Assembly (NCBI GenBank): GCA_036676985.1
Contig: JAKFBU010000026.1
Span: forward strand, 224,001-288,000
Source of the DNA: Candidatus Sericytochromatia bacterium
GTDB taxonomy: Bacteria > Cyanobacteriota > Sericytochromatia > S15B-MN24 > UBA4093
Direction of reading: 5' to 3'
Length of the DNA: 64,000 nucleotides
The notes under the pieces are model-generated. The model saw only the letters and a program-made list of their open reading frames with translations. It ran no database searches and was not told where the DNA came from. Numbering within the stretch: the first letter of the stretch is position 1; every line of letters starts with the position of its first letter. Made by a program: the position numbers and the translations under genes. Positions 28,849-38,663 of this stretch are shown here, piece after piece.

Positions 28849-29955
28849 ATGAGCAACGAACTAGACAACCCCTGGCTGGACTGGGCCTCGACCCAGGAGG
28901 CGGCGCTTTCGGCGTCCACGGGCGGCACCCTCAACACGGGCAACGAGTACCGCAACATCTGGGTCTTCAGCGAGGTCAAGGACGGCTTCGTCTCGCCCGA
29001 GACCAAGCAGGTCTTCTACAAGGCCCGCGAGCTGGGCGACCTCCTGGGCGCGCGCGTCCAGGCCGTGATCCTGGGCGAGGGCGTCGAGAAGCTCGCCAAG
29101 GACCTGATCGGCTACGGCGCCGACACCGTGATGGTGGCCGAGCACCCGCTCTTGTCTGACTTGCAACTGGAGGCCGCGACCAAGGCCCTCGGCCAGCTGG
29201 TCGAGACGTACAAGCCCGAGATCTTCCTCTTCGCGGGCACGCGGCTCGCCGAGGACCTGGCGCCCCGGCTCGCGCTCAGGGTGGGCACCGGCTACATCGC
29301 CGACGCCATCGACCTGGAGCTGGACGACGCCGAGCGCCTCCTGCGGGTGACCCGCTCGGGCTTCGGCGGCAAGCTGCAGACCGTCAGCGTCATCGGCGAG
29401 CGCAAGCCACAGATTGCGACCGTGCGCCTGGGCGTGTACCGCGAGGCCGACTTCGACCGCTTCCGCGGCGGCGAGGTCGCTCCGGTAGCGGTGGACCTCA
29501 CGGACGCCGACCGCATGACGCGGGTGGTCGAGACCCGGCCCACCGAGGGCCCGAGCCTCGAGAACGCCCGGATCATCGTGGCGGGCGGCAAGGGCGTGGG
29601 CGACGCCGAGACCTGGAAGCTGGTCGAGCAGCTCGCCGAGGCCCTGGGTGGGGTGGTCGGGGCCACCAAGAGTGCCGTGGCCGCCGGCTGGGCGACCCCC
29701 GATCGCCAGATCGGACAGGCCGGCAAGAAGGTCAAGCCCGACCTGTACGTGGCCGTGGGCATCTCGGGCTCCCTGGATCACCAGGGCGGCATGGCCCAGG
29801 CCCGCTCCATCGTGGCCGTCAACACGGACCGCGAGGCGCCCATCGCGGCCCTGGCGGACTACGTGCTGGCCGGGGACCTCAAGGAGGTCCTGCCGGCCTG
29901 GATCAAGGCCCTGCACGAGCGGCAAGGCAAGAAACTGCCGGCCGGCGTCAACTAG
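28849..29955 (+). CDS. etfA: Electron transfer flavoprotein alpha subunit
   Basis: IIVAGGKG, RQIGQAG, LYVAVGISG, AVNTD. Confidence 0.92.
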   Translation: MSNELDNPWLDWASTQEAALSASTGGTLNTGNEYRNIWVFSEVKDGFVSPETKQVFYKARELGDLLGARVQAVILGEGVEKLAKDLIGYGADTVMVAEHPLLSDLQLEAATKALGQLVETYKPEIFLFAGTRLAEDLAPRLALRVGTGYIADAIDLELDDAERLLRVTRSGFGGKLQTVSVIGERKPQIATVRLGVYREADFDRFRGGEVAPVAVDLTDADRMTRVVETRPTEGPSLENARIIVAGGKGVGDAETWKLVEQLAEALGGVVGATKSAVAAGWATPDRQIGQAGKKVKPDLYVAVGISGSLDHQGGMAQARSIVAVNTDREAPIAALADYVLAGDLKEVLPAWIKALHERQGKKLPAGVN

Positions 29956-29969
29956 AAGCGTCATTGGAC

Positions 29970-29996
29970 GAGGGGCCCACCGGGCCCCTCTTTTTT
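29970..29996 (+). terminator. Intrinsic terminator
   Basis: GAGGGGCCC-ACC-GGGCCCCTC followed by TTTTTT. Confidence 0.85.
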
Positions 29997-30038
29997 GTGC
30001 TAAACTGATCCCGTTAGTATTTAGGTCACAGGCGGTCC

Positions 30039-30947
30039 GTGCAAACGCTCTTCATCTGCTTGATACTGCTCAGCCTCGGTGGCGCGTGCCTCGCGGGCTA
30101 CATGTTCGCCCACTGGACGCGGACCCGGCGCGTCGAGGCTGATCGCCTCGAGGTCATCCGCCTCCTGGAGGAGCGCACCCAGGAGCTCGAGCGCACCAAC
30201 GGCCAGCTCGAGCACACGCTCGAGGAGCTGCGTCGCCTGGCCTCCATCAAGGACGAGTTCCTCTCGGTGGTGAGCCACGAGCTGCGCACCCCCCTCTCCT
30301 CCATCCTCGGCTACGGCGAGTTCCTGGAGGACGAGCTGCCCGGCGACCTGACGGGCGACCAGCCGGAGTACGTGGCGCGGATCATGCAGGCGGCCCGTCA
30401 GATGGGCATGCTCGTCGACGACCTCCTGGACCTCACGCGCATCGCCTCGGGCACCCTGCGCCTCGACATGCGCGAGGTTGCCGTGCCGGACCTCATGGTC
30501 CAGGCCTCCGCCATTGCGGCCCCCCTCCTCGAGCCCAAGCGCCAGATGCTGCACCTGGAGGTCTCGGGCGTCTCGATGGTGACGGCGGATCCGGGCCGGC
30601 TCCTGCAGGTCCTCCTCAACCTCCTCTCCAACGCCGCCAAGTTCTCGCCCGAGGGCAGTCCCATCGTCCTCAAGGCCGAGGGTACTCCAGAGGGAGTGGC
30701 CATCAGCGTGGTGGACCAGGGCGTGGGCATCGAGGCCTCCGAGCACGAGGCCATCTTCGAGCGCTTCTACCAGAGCGATCGCTCCTTGACTCGTCAGGCG
30801 GGCGGGGTGGGCCTCGGCCTCTCCATCGTGAAGCACCTGGTCGAGCTGCATCACGGCAAGGTGCAGGTCCTGAGCGAGCCCGGCACCGGAGCGACCTTCC
30901 GCGTGATGCTCCCCGTGGCCGTTCCGGCCGCCCCGGCGCGTGTTTGA
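30039..30947 (+). CDS. Single-TM histidine kinase without a sensor domain
   Basis: N-terminal TM, coiled coil, SHELRTPL, NAAKFS, GVGLGL. Confidence 0.87.
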   Translation: MQTLFICLILLSLGGACLAGYMFAHWTRTRRVEADRLEVIRLLEERTQELERTNGQLEHTLEELRRLASIKDEFLSVVSHELRTPLSSILGYGEFLEDELPGDLTGDQPEYVARIMQAARQMGMLVDDLLDLTRIASGTLRLDMREVAVPDLMVQASAIAAPLLEPKRQMLHLEVSGVSMVTADPGRLLQVLLNLLSNAAKFSPEGSPIVLKAEGTPEGVAISVVDQGVGIEASEHEAIFERFYQSDRSLTRQAGGVGLGLSIVKHLVELHHGKVQVLSEPGTGATFRVMLPVAVPAAPARV

Positions 30948-31055
30948 CAAGCGGGTTAATTTTACTTTAAGGTTGGGTCAAGAACGTCAGTAGCCAATCC
31001 GGTGGGCGATAACTGTCATAGCCCGATTGGCACGCATTCGAGACGAGGAGGACCC

Positions 31056-31769
31056 ATGTTCCGGAACGGTCAGCGTCACGTCACGGCCCTTGCGCTGGTC
31101 CTGCTGTTGGCAGGCTGCGGCACGGCGGCCCCTCAGGCGCGCGTCGCCTCGTCGACCAAGGTGGCGGCCAACCAGGTGGTCCCGTCGGACGCCGAGCTCA
31201 AGCGCCTCGAGTCGCGCTCGCCCGACTACCTCGTCGAGGACGCCGCGCTGGAGCCCGGCATGCAGGCCGAGGGCCTGTGGCCCAAGCCGCCCGCCGAGGA
31301 CCTCGGCAACTTCGGCAAGGTGGACGAGACCCTGTGGCGCGGCGCTCGCCCGACCGAGAAGGGGCTCGCCCAGCTGAAGTCGATGGGCGTCAAGACCATC
31401 GTGAACTTCGAGAACGACAAGAAGGCCGTCGAGAGCGAGGCCGCGTGGTGCAAGGCCAACGGCGTGACGTTCGTCTCGATTCCCCTGAGCGTCATCACCC
31501 CGCCCAAGGTCTCCAAGGTCAACGAGTTCCTGGCGCTGGCGAACGATCAGGCGTCGCGTCCCCTGTACTTCCACTGCATGCAGGGTCGCGATCGCACCGG
31601 CACGGCGGCCTTCGCGTACCGCGTGAGCCACGACGGCTGGGACTACGACCGGGCCTACGAGGAGATGAAGTCCTACAAGTTCCACACCTACCTGGTGGGG
31701 CTGCGCGGCTTCCTGATCTGGTACGCCAAGACCCAGAAGCCCGGGTCGAGCGTGGCCGTTCAGTACTAA
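31056..31769 (+). CDS. Lipoprotein dual-specificity/tyrosine phosphatase family
   Basis: LLAGC lipobox; HCMQGRDRTG (CX5R) loop; GAGGAGG RBS. Confidence 0.85.
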   Translation: MFRNGQRHVTALALVLLLAGCGTAAPQARVASSTKVAANQVVPSDAELKRLESRSPDYLVEDAALEPGMQAEGLWPKPPAEDLGNFGKVDETLWRGARPTEKGLAQLKSMGVKTIVNFENDKKAVESEAAWCKANGVTFVSIPLSVITPPKVSKVNEFLALANDQASRPLYFHCMQGRDRTGTAAFAYRVSHDGWDYDRAYEEMKSYKFHTYLVGLRGFLIWYAKTQKPGSSVAVQY

Positions 31770-31781
31770 GCTTCAACGTTG

Positions 31782-31824
31782 CGCTGAGCGGGTCGTCCAT
31801 CGGACGACCCGCTCAGCGGCTTTT
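31782..31824 (+). terminator. 17-bp perfect hairpin terminator
   Basis: CGCTGAGCGGGTCGTCC-ATC-GGACGACCCGCTCAGCG followed by GCTTTT. Confidence 0.75.
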
Positions 31825-31849
31825 GGGGCATGCTTGCCGGGGCCTTGCC

Positions 31850-32014
31850 CTGGATTCCCGCTTTCGCGGGAATGACGGGAGTGCTCATTCTCGTGACAAT
31901 CGGAAGGCTCGCTTTCGCGGGAATGACGGGAGCGGTTACTCTCGTGCCAATCGAAAGACCCGATTTCACCGGTACGCCGGCGCTCCCGTCACCCCCGCGA
32001 AAGCGGGGGTCCAG
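31850..32014. repeat. REP-like cluster with an internal ~51-nt tandem duplication
   Basis: Reverse REP 31850-31877, partial reverse REP ending at 31928, forward CGTCACCCCCGCGAAAGCGGGGGTCCAG at 31987-32014; the two spacers are similar (CTCGTG.CAATCG). Confidence 0.85.
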
Positions 32015-32035
32015 AGTTGGGGGTCATACGACCGG

Positions 32036-33610
32036 CTAAGTGAGCTTGAAGAAGCTCCGGATCCGGTTGAAGATCTCGTGCGACGCCGCCTCCACCTCGC
32101 CCGCGCTCGGCGCCTGGGCGATGGTGACTTCGCGGCTCATGGCCAGGTTCGCCTTGACCGTCTCGGTCTTCGAGCGCCGCTCGGCGATGATCCGGCTCAT
32201 CTCGCGCGCGAAGTCGGCCTTGTCCTCCAAGAGCGGCGCCAGGTGCTGCTTCTCGATGACGAGCAGCTCGCAATCCGACTGCGCATGGGTCGAGGCCGTG
32301 CGCGGCTCGCCCGTGAGCAACGACATCTCCCCGAAGAAGTCCCCCGCCCCCAGGCTCGCGAAGGGCCGGGTGTCCCGGCCGCCCGCCTCGTCCAGGGACA
32401 GCGTGACCGTGCCCTGCTTGATGATGTAGAGGCTCCCCCCGCCGTCGCCCTGCGAGAAGACCCGCTCGCCCGCAGCATAATGCACCACCCGCGCCTTGCG
32501 CGCGAGCGTGCCCAGGGACTCCGCGTCCATGAACGCGAACACGTCCACCTGCCCGAGCGCCCGCCGGTTCTCGCGCTCGAGGACCTCGTCCCTCGTCCTG
32601 GCGTCCTGCACCTGCACCGAGCGCTGGGGCACGGGCAGATCGATGCCCTCGCGCTGCAGGCGGTACCAGAGGCGCTCCTGGTAGCGGCTGCGGATGGCCA
32701 GGGACGCCCCGTAGTCGTCGAGCCAGAGGTTGCACCGGTAGGTCGCGGCAAACTCCCCGTACTTGAGGAGCAACAGCTCGGGCGGCGGATCCGCGAGGAT
32801 GCCCGGGATCTCGGCGGCCACCGCCAAGGAGACCTCGCGTACGCGGTTGGGCGGCACGTCGAAGCCGACCTGGAACTCCACGGCCTCGGCGTAGGCGCTC
32901 GACGGCAGCCGGTAGTTGAGGACGCGGGCCTTGGAGATGGCGTTGTTGGGGAAGATGTGCATCTCCTGCCGTCGGGTCAGGATCTTGGTGGCGCGCCAGG
33001 TGATCTCGACCACCTGCCCGTTGACCCCGTCGACCGAGACCCAGTCCCCGATGTTGAAGGGCCGGTCCAGGTTGATGGCAAGCCCCGCGAACAGGTTGCC
33101 CAGGGTGTCCTGCAGGGCCATGCCGAGCACCACCGACAGGATGGCCGAGGTGGTGAGCACCGGCGTGAGGTCGATCTTGAAGACCGAGCCCAGGTAAGCC
33201 AGGAAGAGGGTGGCGTAGACCAGCCCGAAGACGATGTCGCGCAGGATCTTGGGGACAGCGCGCCCACCCCGGGCGGAGAGGAGGAGGTCCACCACCACCA
33301 GGCGCAGGCTCTCGACCACCAGAATCGCGAGCGACGGCAGGAGTAGCGCCCCCAGCCACCAGTCCACCTGGGGCCCGAGGAGGCCCCGAAAGGCGTTGGC
33401 GCCGAGCACCAGGACCGTCAGCGCGTAGGGCGGCACCAGCCGCCGCAGCACGTCCCGGCTGCGCTCGCTCGACCCGCCGAACAGCCACAACGAGAGCGGG
33501 CGCAGGAAGAGCCGGAAGAGCGCCAGACCGCCCAGCAGGATGGCCAGGGCGATCGCGGCGGCCGTGAACCAGCCGAAACCCGTGGGCACGAGGGTCAATG
33601 GGTCGAGCAT
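32036..33610 (-). CDS. MscS-family channel with C-terminal cyclic-nucleotide-binding domain (bCNG-like)
   Basis: GMALQDTLGNLFAG, FNIGDWV, ITWRAT, then FFGEMSLLTGEPRTAS. Confidence 0.9.
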   Translation of the reverse strand: MLDPLTLVPTGFGWFTAAAIALAILLGGLALFRLFLRPLSLWLFGGSSERSRDVLRRLVPPYALTVLVLGANAFRGLLGPQVDWWLGALLLPSLAILVVESLRLVVVDLLLSARGGRAVPKILRDIVFGLVYATLFLAYLGSVFKIDLTPVLTTSAILSVVLGMALQDTLGNLFAGLAINLDRPFNIGDWVSVDGVNGQVVEITWRATKILTRRQEMHIFPNNAISKARVLNYRLPSSAYAEAVEFQVGFDVPPNRVREVSLAVAAEIPGILADPPPELLLLKYGEFAATYRCNLWLDDYGASLAIRSRYQERLWYRLQREGIDLPVPQRSVQVQDARTRDEVLERENRRALGQVDVFAFMDAESLGTLARKARVVHYAAGERVFSQGDGGGSLYIIKQGTVTLSLDEAGGRDTRPFASLGAGDFFGEMSLLTGEPRTASTHAQSDCELLVIEKQHLAPLLEDKADFAREMSRIIAERRSKTETVKANLAMSREVTIAQAPSAGEVEAASHEIFNRIRSFFKLT

Positions 33611-33652
33611 GCCTCCTTGTTACCACCCTCAAGCCCGCGCGTCAAGCCGTTT

Positions 33653-36028
33653 TTAGCTCACTCGCTCTCCTTTGGGAGCGGCCGTCCTGGGCTCGAGGGC
33701 ATGGGCGAGGACCTCGTCCACCGAGTCGACCAGGAGGAGCTTCATCTCGCGCAGCAGCTCCGAGGGGATGTCCACCAGGTCCACCTCGTTGTGACGGGGC
33801 AGGATCACGGTGCGCACGCCCGCGCGCCGGGCGGCGAGCACCTTCTCCTTGATGCCGCCCACCGGCAGCACCCGCCCGCGCAGGGTGACCTCGCCCGTCA
33901 TGGCGAGATCCGGCCGGATCATGCGGCCGGTGGCGAGGCTCGCGATGGCCGTCACCATGGCGATGCCTGCGCTCGGCCCGTCCTTGGGGATAGCGCCCGC
34001 GGGCACGTGCAGGTGGACGTCGTTGGTCCGGAACCACTCCTGGGGGATGCCGAGCTCGGAGGCCTTGCTCCAGACAAAGGAGAAGGCGGCCTGGGCCGAC
34101 TCGCGCATGACCTCGCCGAGCTTGCCCGTGAGCGCGAGCTCCCCCTTGCCCGGGTGCGCGCTCGCCTCCAGAAAGAGGATGTCGCCGCCCGCCTCGGTCC
34201 AGGCGAGCCCCATGACGATGCCCGGCTGGTCGGGACGCTCGGCCTCCTCGGGGAAGAAGCGGCGCTTGCCCAGGTAGTCGCGGGCCTTCTGGGGCGTCAC
34301 CGAGACGCCCCGCTTGGGCAGGCCGCCCGTCGTCAGCTCGACGGTGACCTTGCGGCAGATGGCCGCGATCTCGCGCTCCAACGAGCGCACGCCGGCCTCG
34401 CGGGTGTACTCCCGGATGACGGTCAAGAGGCCGTCGCGGGTGAAGCGCACCTCCTTGTCGCTCAGGGCGTGCTCCTTGAGCTGCTTGGGCACCAGGTACT
34501 CCTCGGCGATCGCCACCTTCTCCTCGGTGCTGTAGCCCGAGAGCTGGAGGATCTCCATGCGGTCCCGCAGGGCCGGCGGGATGGTGTCGAGCAGGTTGGC
34601 GGTGGCGACGAAGAGCACCCGCGACAGGTCGAAGGGCACGTCCAGGTAGTGGTCCCGAAAGTCGCGGTTCTGCTCGGGGTCGAGCACCTCCAGGAGGGCC
34701 GAGGCGGGGTCGCCCCGGAAGTCCGCGCCGAGCTTGTCGATCTCGTCGAGCATGAAGACGGGGTTGTTGGACTCGGCCCGGGCGATCGCCTGCACCAGCC
34801 GCCCCGGCAGAGCACCGATGTAGGTCCTGCGGTGGCCGCGGATCTCGGCCTCGTCCCGCATGCCCCCGAGGCTCATGCGCACGAACTTGCGGCCCAGGCA
34901 GCGCGCGATGGACTGGCCCAGAGACGTCTTGCCCACCCCCGGCGGGCCGACCAGGCACAGGATGGGCCCGCGCAGGCTCGTCTCGCCCAGCCGCTCGTGC
35001 TTGAGCTTGTAGACGGCCAGGTACTCGAGGATCCGGCGCTTGATGAGGTCCAGGTCGTAGTGGTCCTCGTCGAGGATCTCGCGGGCGCGCTCCACGTCCA
35101 GCTGGTCCGGGGTGGAGCGGGTCCATGGCAGGGCGATGAGCCAGTCCAGGTAGGTCCGGATGACGGTGTGCTCGGCGGAGCCAGGCGGCAGCTTTTCCAG
35201 TCGGCCGAGCTCGCGATCGGCCTCCTTCTTGGCCTCGGGCGGCAGCCGGCAGGCGTCGAGCTTCTCGCGCAGCTCGGAGATCTCGCTCATGCGCTCGTCC
35301 GACTCGCCCAGCTCCTTTTGGATGGCCTTGAGCTGCTCGCGCAGGAAGTACTCGCGCTGGCTCTTTCCGAGCGTCGACTGGACCTCGCTTTGAATGGCCG
35401 CCCCCAGCCGGTGCAGCTCGATCTCGGCGGAGAGCGCCCGGGAGAGGCGCTCGAGCTTGGCGCGGGGCCCCACGGCCTCGAGGATCTCCTGGCGATCGGC
35501 CAGCTTGAAGTGGAGGTTGAAGGCGATCAGGTAGACGAGCTTGTTGGGGTCCTCGAGGTTGAGGGCGATCGTCACGAGCTCCTCGGGAAAGCCCTGGAGG
35601 ACCTCGCCGTACTGCTGGAGCTGCTGGGTGACCGAGCGCATGAGGGCCTCGACGGCCTTGTCCTTGGCGCAGGGCTCCGGCTCGATGGTCAGATCCGCGA
35701 CGAAGTAGGGCTCGGTCTGCGTGAAGTCGCCCAGCCGCACGCGCTCCATGCCCTGGACCATGATCTTGACGGTGTTGTTGGGCAGCTGGAGGACGTGGTG
35801 GATCTTGCAGAGCGTGCCCACCTCGTAGAGATCCGCGGGCGCGACCTCGTCGAGCTCCATGTCGCGCTGGGTGACGACGGCGACCAGCTCGGCCTTCTCG
35901 GCGGCCTCCTGCACGAGCTTGAGGGACATCTCCCGCCCGACGGTGATCGGCACGACCACGCCCGGGAAGACGACCATGTCGCGCACGGCGAGCACCGGCG
36001 CCGAGGCAGGGTAGCTCACGTCGGGCAT
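33653..36028 (-). CDS. lon: ATP-dependent Lon protease
   Basis: [32 protein letters not shown]; start MPDVSYP follows AGGAGG. Confidence 0.95.
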   Translation of the reverse strand: MPDVSYPASAPVLAVRDMVVFPGVVVPITVGREMSLKLVQEAAEKAELVAVVTQRDMELDEVAPADLYEVGTLCKIHHVLQLPNNTVKIMVQGMERVRLGDFTQTEPYFVADLTIEPEPCAKDKAVEALMRSVTQQLQQYGEVLQGFPEELVTIALNLEDPNKLVYLIAFNLHFKLADRQEILEAVGPRAKLERLSRALSAEIELHRLGAAIQSEVQSTLGKSQREYFLREQLKAIQKELGESDERMSEISELREKLDACRLPPEAKKEADRELGRLEKLPPGSAEHTVIRTYLDWLIALPWTRSTPDQLDVERAREILDEDHYDLDLIKRRILEYLAVYKLKHERLGETSLRGPILCLVGPPGVGKTSLGQSIARCLGRKFVRMSLGGMRDEAEIRGHRRTYIGALPGRLVQAIARAESNNPVFMLDEIDKLGADFRGDPASALLEVLDPEQNRDFRDHYLDVPFDLSRVLFVATANLLDTIPPALRDRMEILQLSGYSTEEKVAIAEEYLVPKQLKEHALSDKEVRFTRDGLLTVIREYTREAGVRSLEREIAAICRKVTVELTTGGLPKRGVSVTPQKARDYLGKRRFFPEEAERPDQPGIVMGLAWTEAGGDILFLEASAHPGKGELALTGKLGEVMRESAQAAFSFVWSKASELGIPQEWFRTNDVHLHVPAGAIPKDGPSAGIAMVTAIASLATGRMIRPDLAMTGEVTLRGRVLPVGGIKEKVLAARRAGVRTVILPRHNEVDLVDIPSELLREMKLLLVDSVDEVLAHALEPRTAAPKGERVS

Positions 36029-36210
36029 GCCTTCCTCCTGCACGCAAACTAAGGACGAGTGCGCCGGGCGATGTCGGGCCTGCGGGGACGTCGGCTTCGG
36101 AGCGGTGGTTGCCGGCTGTAAGGGCGCGGGATCCATCCTAGAACGCGCGCGCGGGTCTTGGCACCCGCAGGGCGGACGATCTTTTTTAGCCCCGGCGGCG
36201 TCCGGGTTCG

Positions 36211-37431
36211 TTACAGCTCGGGGTCCAGGGCGGCCATCCCGATGCGCAGGGTGGCCCGCGCCAAGGGGGCTCCGCCGGGCCCCAGGTCGTTCTCCGCGAG
36301 CACCTCCAGCAAGTTGATGTGGAAGTGCGACGTCACGACCTCGAGCCGGGCGCCCGGCATCAGCTCGGCCCTCAGCTCGTAACGGATGGCCTCGTCCTCG
36401 AGCTCGCTGAGCAGGCATTCGGGCAAGGGCTCGTCGCTGACGCCATGGGTGCGCAGCGCCGCCTCCAGCACGATGGCCTGGGCGAGATCCCGCTGGACGG
36501 TGTAGGCGAGCCGGACGGGAACGAGCAGGCTGGGAGTCTCCTCGGGCGGCAAGAGGGCCACGCCGCGGCGCAAGAGGGCGCCGTTCGGGACGAGACGCTC
36601 GCCGTGCCGCTCGGTCTCGAGCCGGGTGAAGAGCTTGCCGACGCGCGTGACGCGGCCCGCGCGGCCGCCCAGCCGGATGCGATCGCCCTCCTTGAAGACC
36701 GGGTTGAAGGCGAGCAGCGTGCCGCCCGCGGCGTTAGCGAGGGCGTCCGCCGAGGCGATGAGGCCGGTGGCCCCGAGGAGGGCGGCGGCCGTCATGACGA
36801 TCCAGGACTGGAAGGGCAGGTACGACAGGGCGAGCAGGCTCGCGATCAGCCCCACCGCGAGGCTGAGGGCGGCCCCGACCAGGGTGACGGCGGCGCCGGT
36901 CACAGGCAGCCCGTAGCGGCGCGGGTTGTCCGCGATGCGGGTGGCGCCCCAGTTGATGAGCCAAGCAGCGGTCGCCCCGCCCGCCAAGAGGCCGAGCACG
37001 GTGAGGATCGGCAGGAAGAGGCCCTGGAGGAGGTCCCAGGCGGCCGCCTGCGTCCCCATGCTCGCCAGCCGGCTCTCCGCGGCCGCCGAGAGCCGCTTGC
37101 TCCAGGCAGCGGCGAGCTCGTCGGCGCTCGCTCCGTTCAGGCGGGCGTCCTCGTTGCTGACGATGATGAGCGTGTCGTCCCCGATCTTCAGCGCCGGGCC
37201 CTTGCGGTGCGCCTCGACCCGCAGGGGCACGCGCGGATCGGCGAGCCACTTCTCGAGGCGCTGGTTGATGACCTCGGCGCGCTCCGCGCTCGACAGGCCG
37301 TTGGCGCCGGAGACGGCGAAGATGGGGCTGCCCGCGAGCTGGACCATGGCGGAGTCCGCGGCGTCGGCCGCGCTCGCCAGCCCGAGCGTCAGGGCGAACA
37401 AGGCAATGGTAATCGAACGATACAGGCGCAT
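36211..37431 (-). CDS. MscS-family protein with N-terminal periplasmic domain
   Basis: Signal peptide, ERAEVINQRL, TMs, FKEGDRI, LVPNG. Confidence 0.8.
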   Translation of the reverse strand: MRLYRSITIALFALTLGLASAADAADSAMVQLAGSPIFAVSGANGLSSAERAEVINQRLEKWLADPRVPLRVEAHRKGPALKIGDDTLIIVSNEDARLNGASADELAAAWSKRLSAAAESRLASMGTQAAAWDLLQGLFLPILTVLGLLAGGATAAWLINWGATRIADNPRRYGLPVTGAAVTLVGAALSLAVGLIASLLALSYLPFQSWIVMTAAALLGATGLIASADALANAAGGTLLAFNPVFKEGDRIRLGGRAGRVTRVGKLFTRLETERHGERLVPNGALLRRGVALLPPEETPSLLVPVRLAYTVQRDLAQAIVLEAALRTHGVSDEPLPECLLSELEDEAIRYELRAELMPGARLEVVTSHFHINLLEVLAENDLGPGGAPLARATLRIGMAALDPEL

Positions 37432-37640
37432 TCGGTTCCTCCCCAAGGGTAGCCGCAGGGTGCGGCAAGGCTAACGTAACACCGGTCGAGTGGCCGAGTC
37501 GGTGTCGGTTGCACGTTGCTGGCGGGGCGATCGCCCGCGTGGTAGCATGGCCCATCCCCGAGAACGTCGATCGCCGCCCGCTCAGCGCGGAGCGCGGCCC
37601 CTGGTCCGCGGATCGACCCTCGGCTGCTGGAGGGAATGCC

Positions 37641-38663
37641 TTGAAACTCGTCACCTTCGAGGTCGCCACCCCCATCGGGCGCTTGCAGCGCCTGGGGGCC
37701 ATGGTGGGCGATCGCATCCTGGACCTCAACGCCGCCTACCAGGTGGTCGCGGGCGGCACGCCCGAGGCCGCCCGGCGCCTCGCGGACGCCTACTTCCCCC
37801 ATGACATGGCGGCCTTCCTCGAGACGGGCGAGCGCGGCATGGAGGCGGCCCGCGAGCTGGTCGAGCGCGCCACGGTGGGCACGCTGCCGGCCGCGGCCGA
37901 CGGCATGACCGTGTGCTACGCGCCTTCCGCCGTGCGCCTGTTGAGCCCCCTGACCCGCGCCAACATGCTGCGCGACTTCCTCGCCTTCGAGGCCCACACC
38001 AAGCGCGGCTACGAGCGGCGCGGCCAGGAGATGCCCGCGCTCTGGTACGAGCTGCCCGTCTACTACAAGGGCAACAGCCGCAGCCTCATCGGCCCCGAGG
38101 TGGACGTGGAGTGGCCCCGCTTCACCGAGAAGTTCGACTACGAGCTCGAGATCGCAGCAGTCATCGGCAAGCCGGGCCGCAACATCCCGGTCGAGCGCGC
38201 CCACGAGTACATCGCGGGCTACTGCATCCTCAACGACTTCAGCGCCCGCGACGTCCAGATGCAGGAGGTCCAGCTGCGCCTCGGTCCGGCCAAGGGCAAG
38301 GACTTCGCCACGGGCCTCGGCCCCTGGCTCGTGACTCCGGACGAGGTGGGCGACGCCCGCAACCTGCGCATGGTGGCCCGGGTGAACGGCGAGACCTGGT
38401 CCGACGGCAACTCCGGCACGTCCCACTGGACCTTCGAGCAGATGATCGCCTACGTCTCCCGCGAGGAGACCCTCTACCCCGGCGACGTCTTCGGCTCGGG
38501 GACCGTCGGCGGCGGCTGCGGCTACGAGCTCGATCGCTGGGTCCAGCCGGGGGACGTCATCGAGCTGACCATCGACAAGCTCGGTACGCTTCGCAACCGG
38601 GTGGTTCGCCCCTCCCACGCCCAACCCATGGAGGATTACCGTGTTTCCGCTGTCCAAAGGTAA
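37641..38663 (+). CDS. Fumarylacetoacetate hydrolase family
   Basis: RDFLAFEAH, DYELE, NDFSARD, KGKDF, GSGT; TTG start. Confidence 0.9.
   Translation: MKLVTFEVATPIGRLQRLGAMVGDRILDLNAAYQVVAGGTPEAARRLADAYFPHDMAAFLETGERGMEAARELVERATVGTLPAAADGMTVCYAPSAVRLLSPLTRANMLRDFLAFEAHTKRGYERRGQEMPALWYELPVYYKGNSRSLIGPEVDVEWPRFTEKFDYELEIAAVIGKPGRNIPVERAHEYIAGYCILNDFSARDVQMQEVQLRLGPAKGKDFATGLGPWLVTPDEVGDARNLRMVARVNGETWSDGNSGTSHWTFEQMIAYVSREETLYPGDVFGSGTVGGGCGYELDRWVQPGDVIELTIDKLGTLRNRVVRPSHAQPMEDYRVSAVQR

Noticed and set aside
31850-32014. Possible mini-CRISPR array
   Set aside because: Only 2-3 units, spacers similar to each other, the repeat matches the dispersed REP family, and no cas genes are present.
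36029-36418. N-terminal extension of Lon in the ORF track
   Set aside because: Overlaps the mscS 3' end and is low-complexity; a strong RBS precedes ATG 36028.
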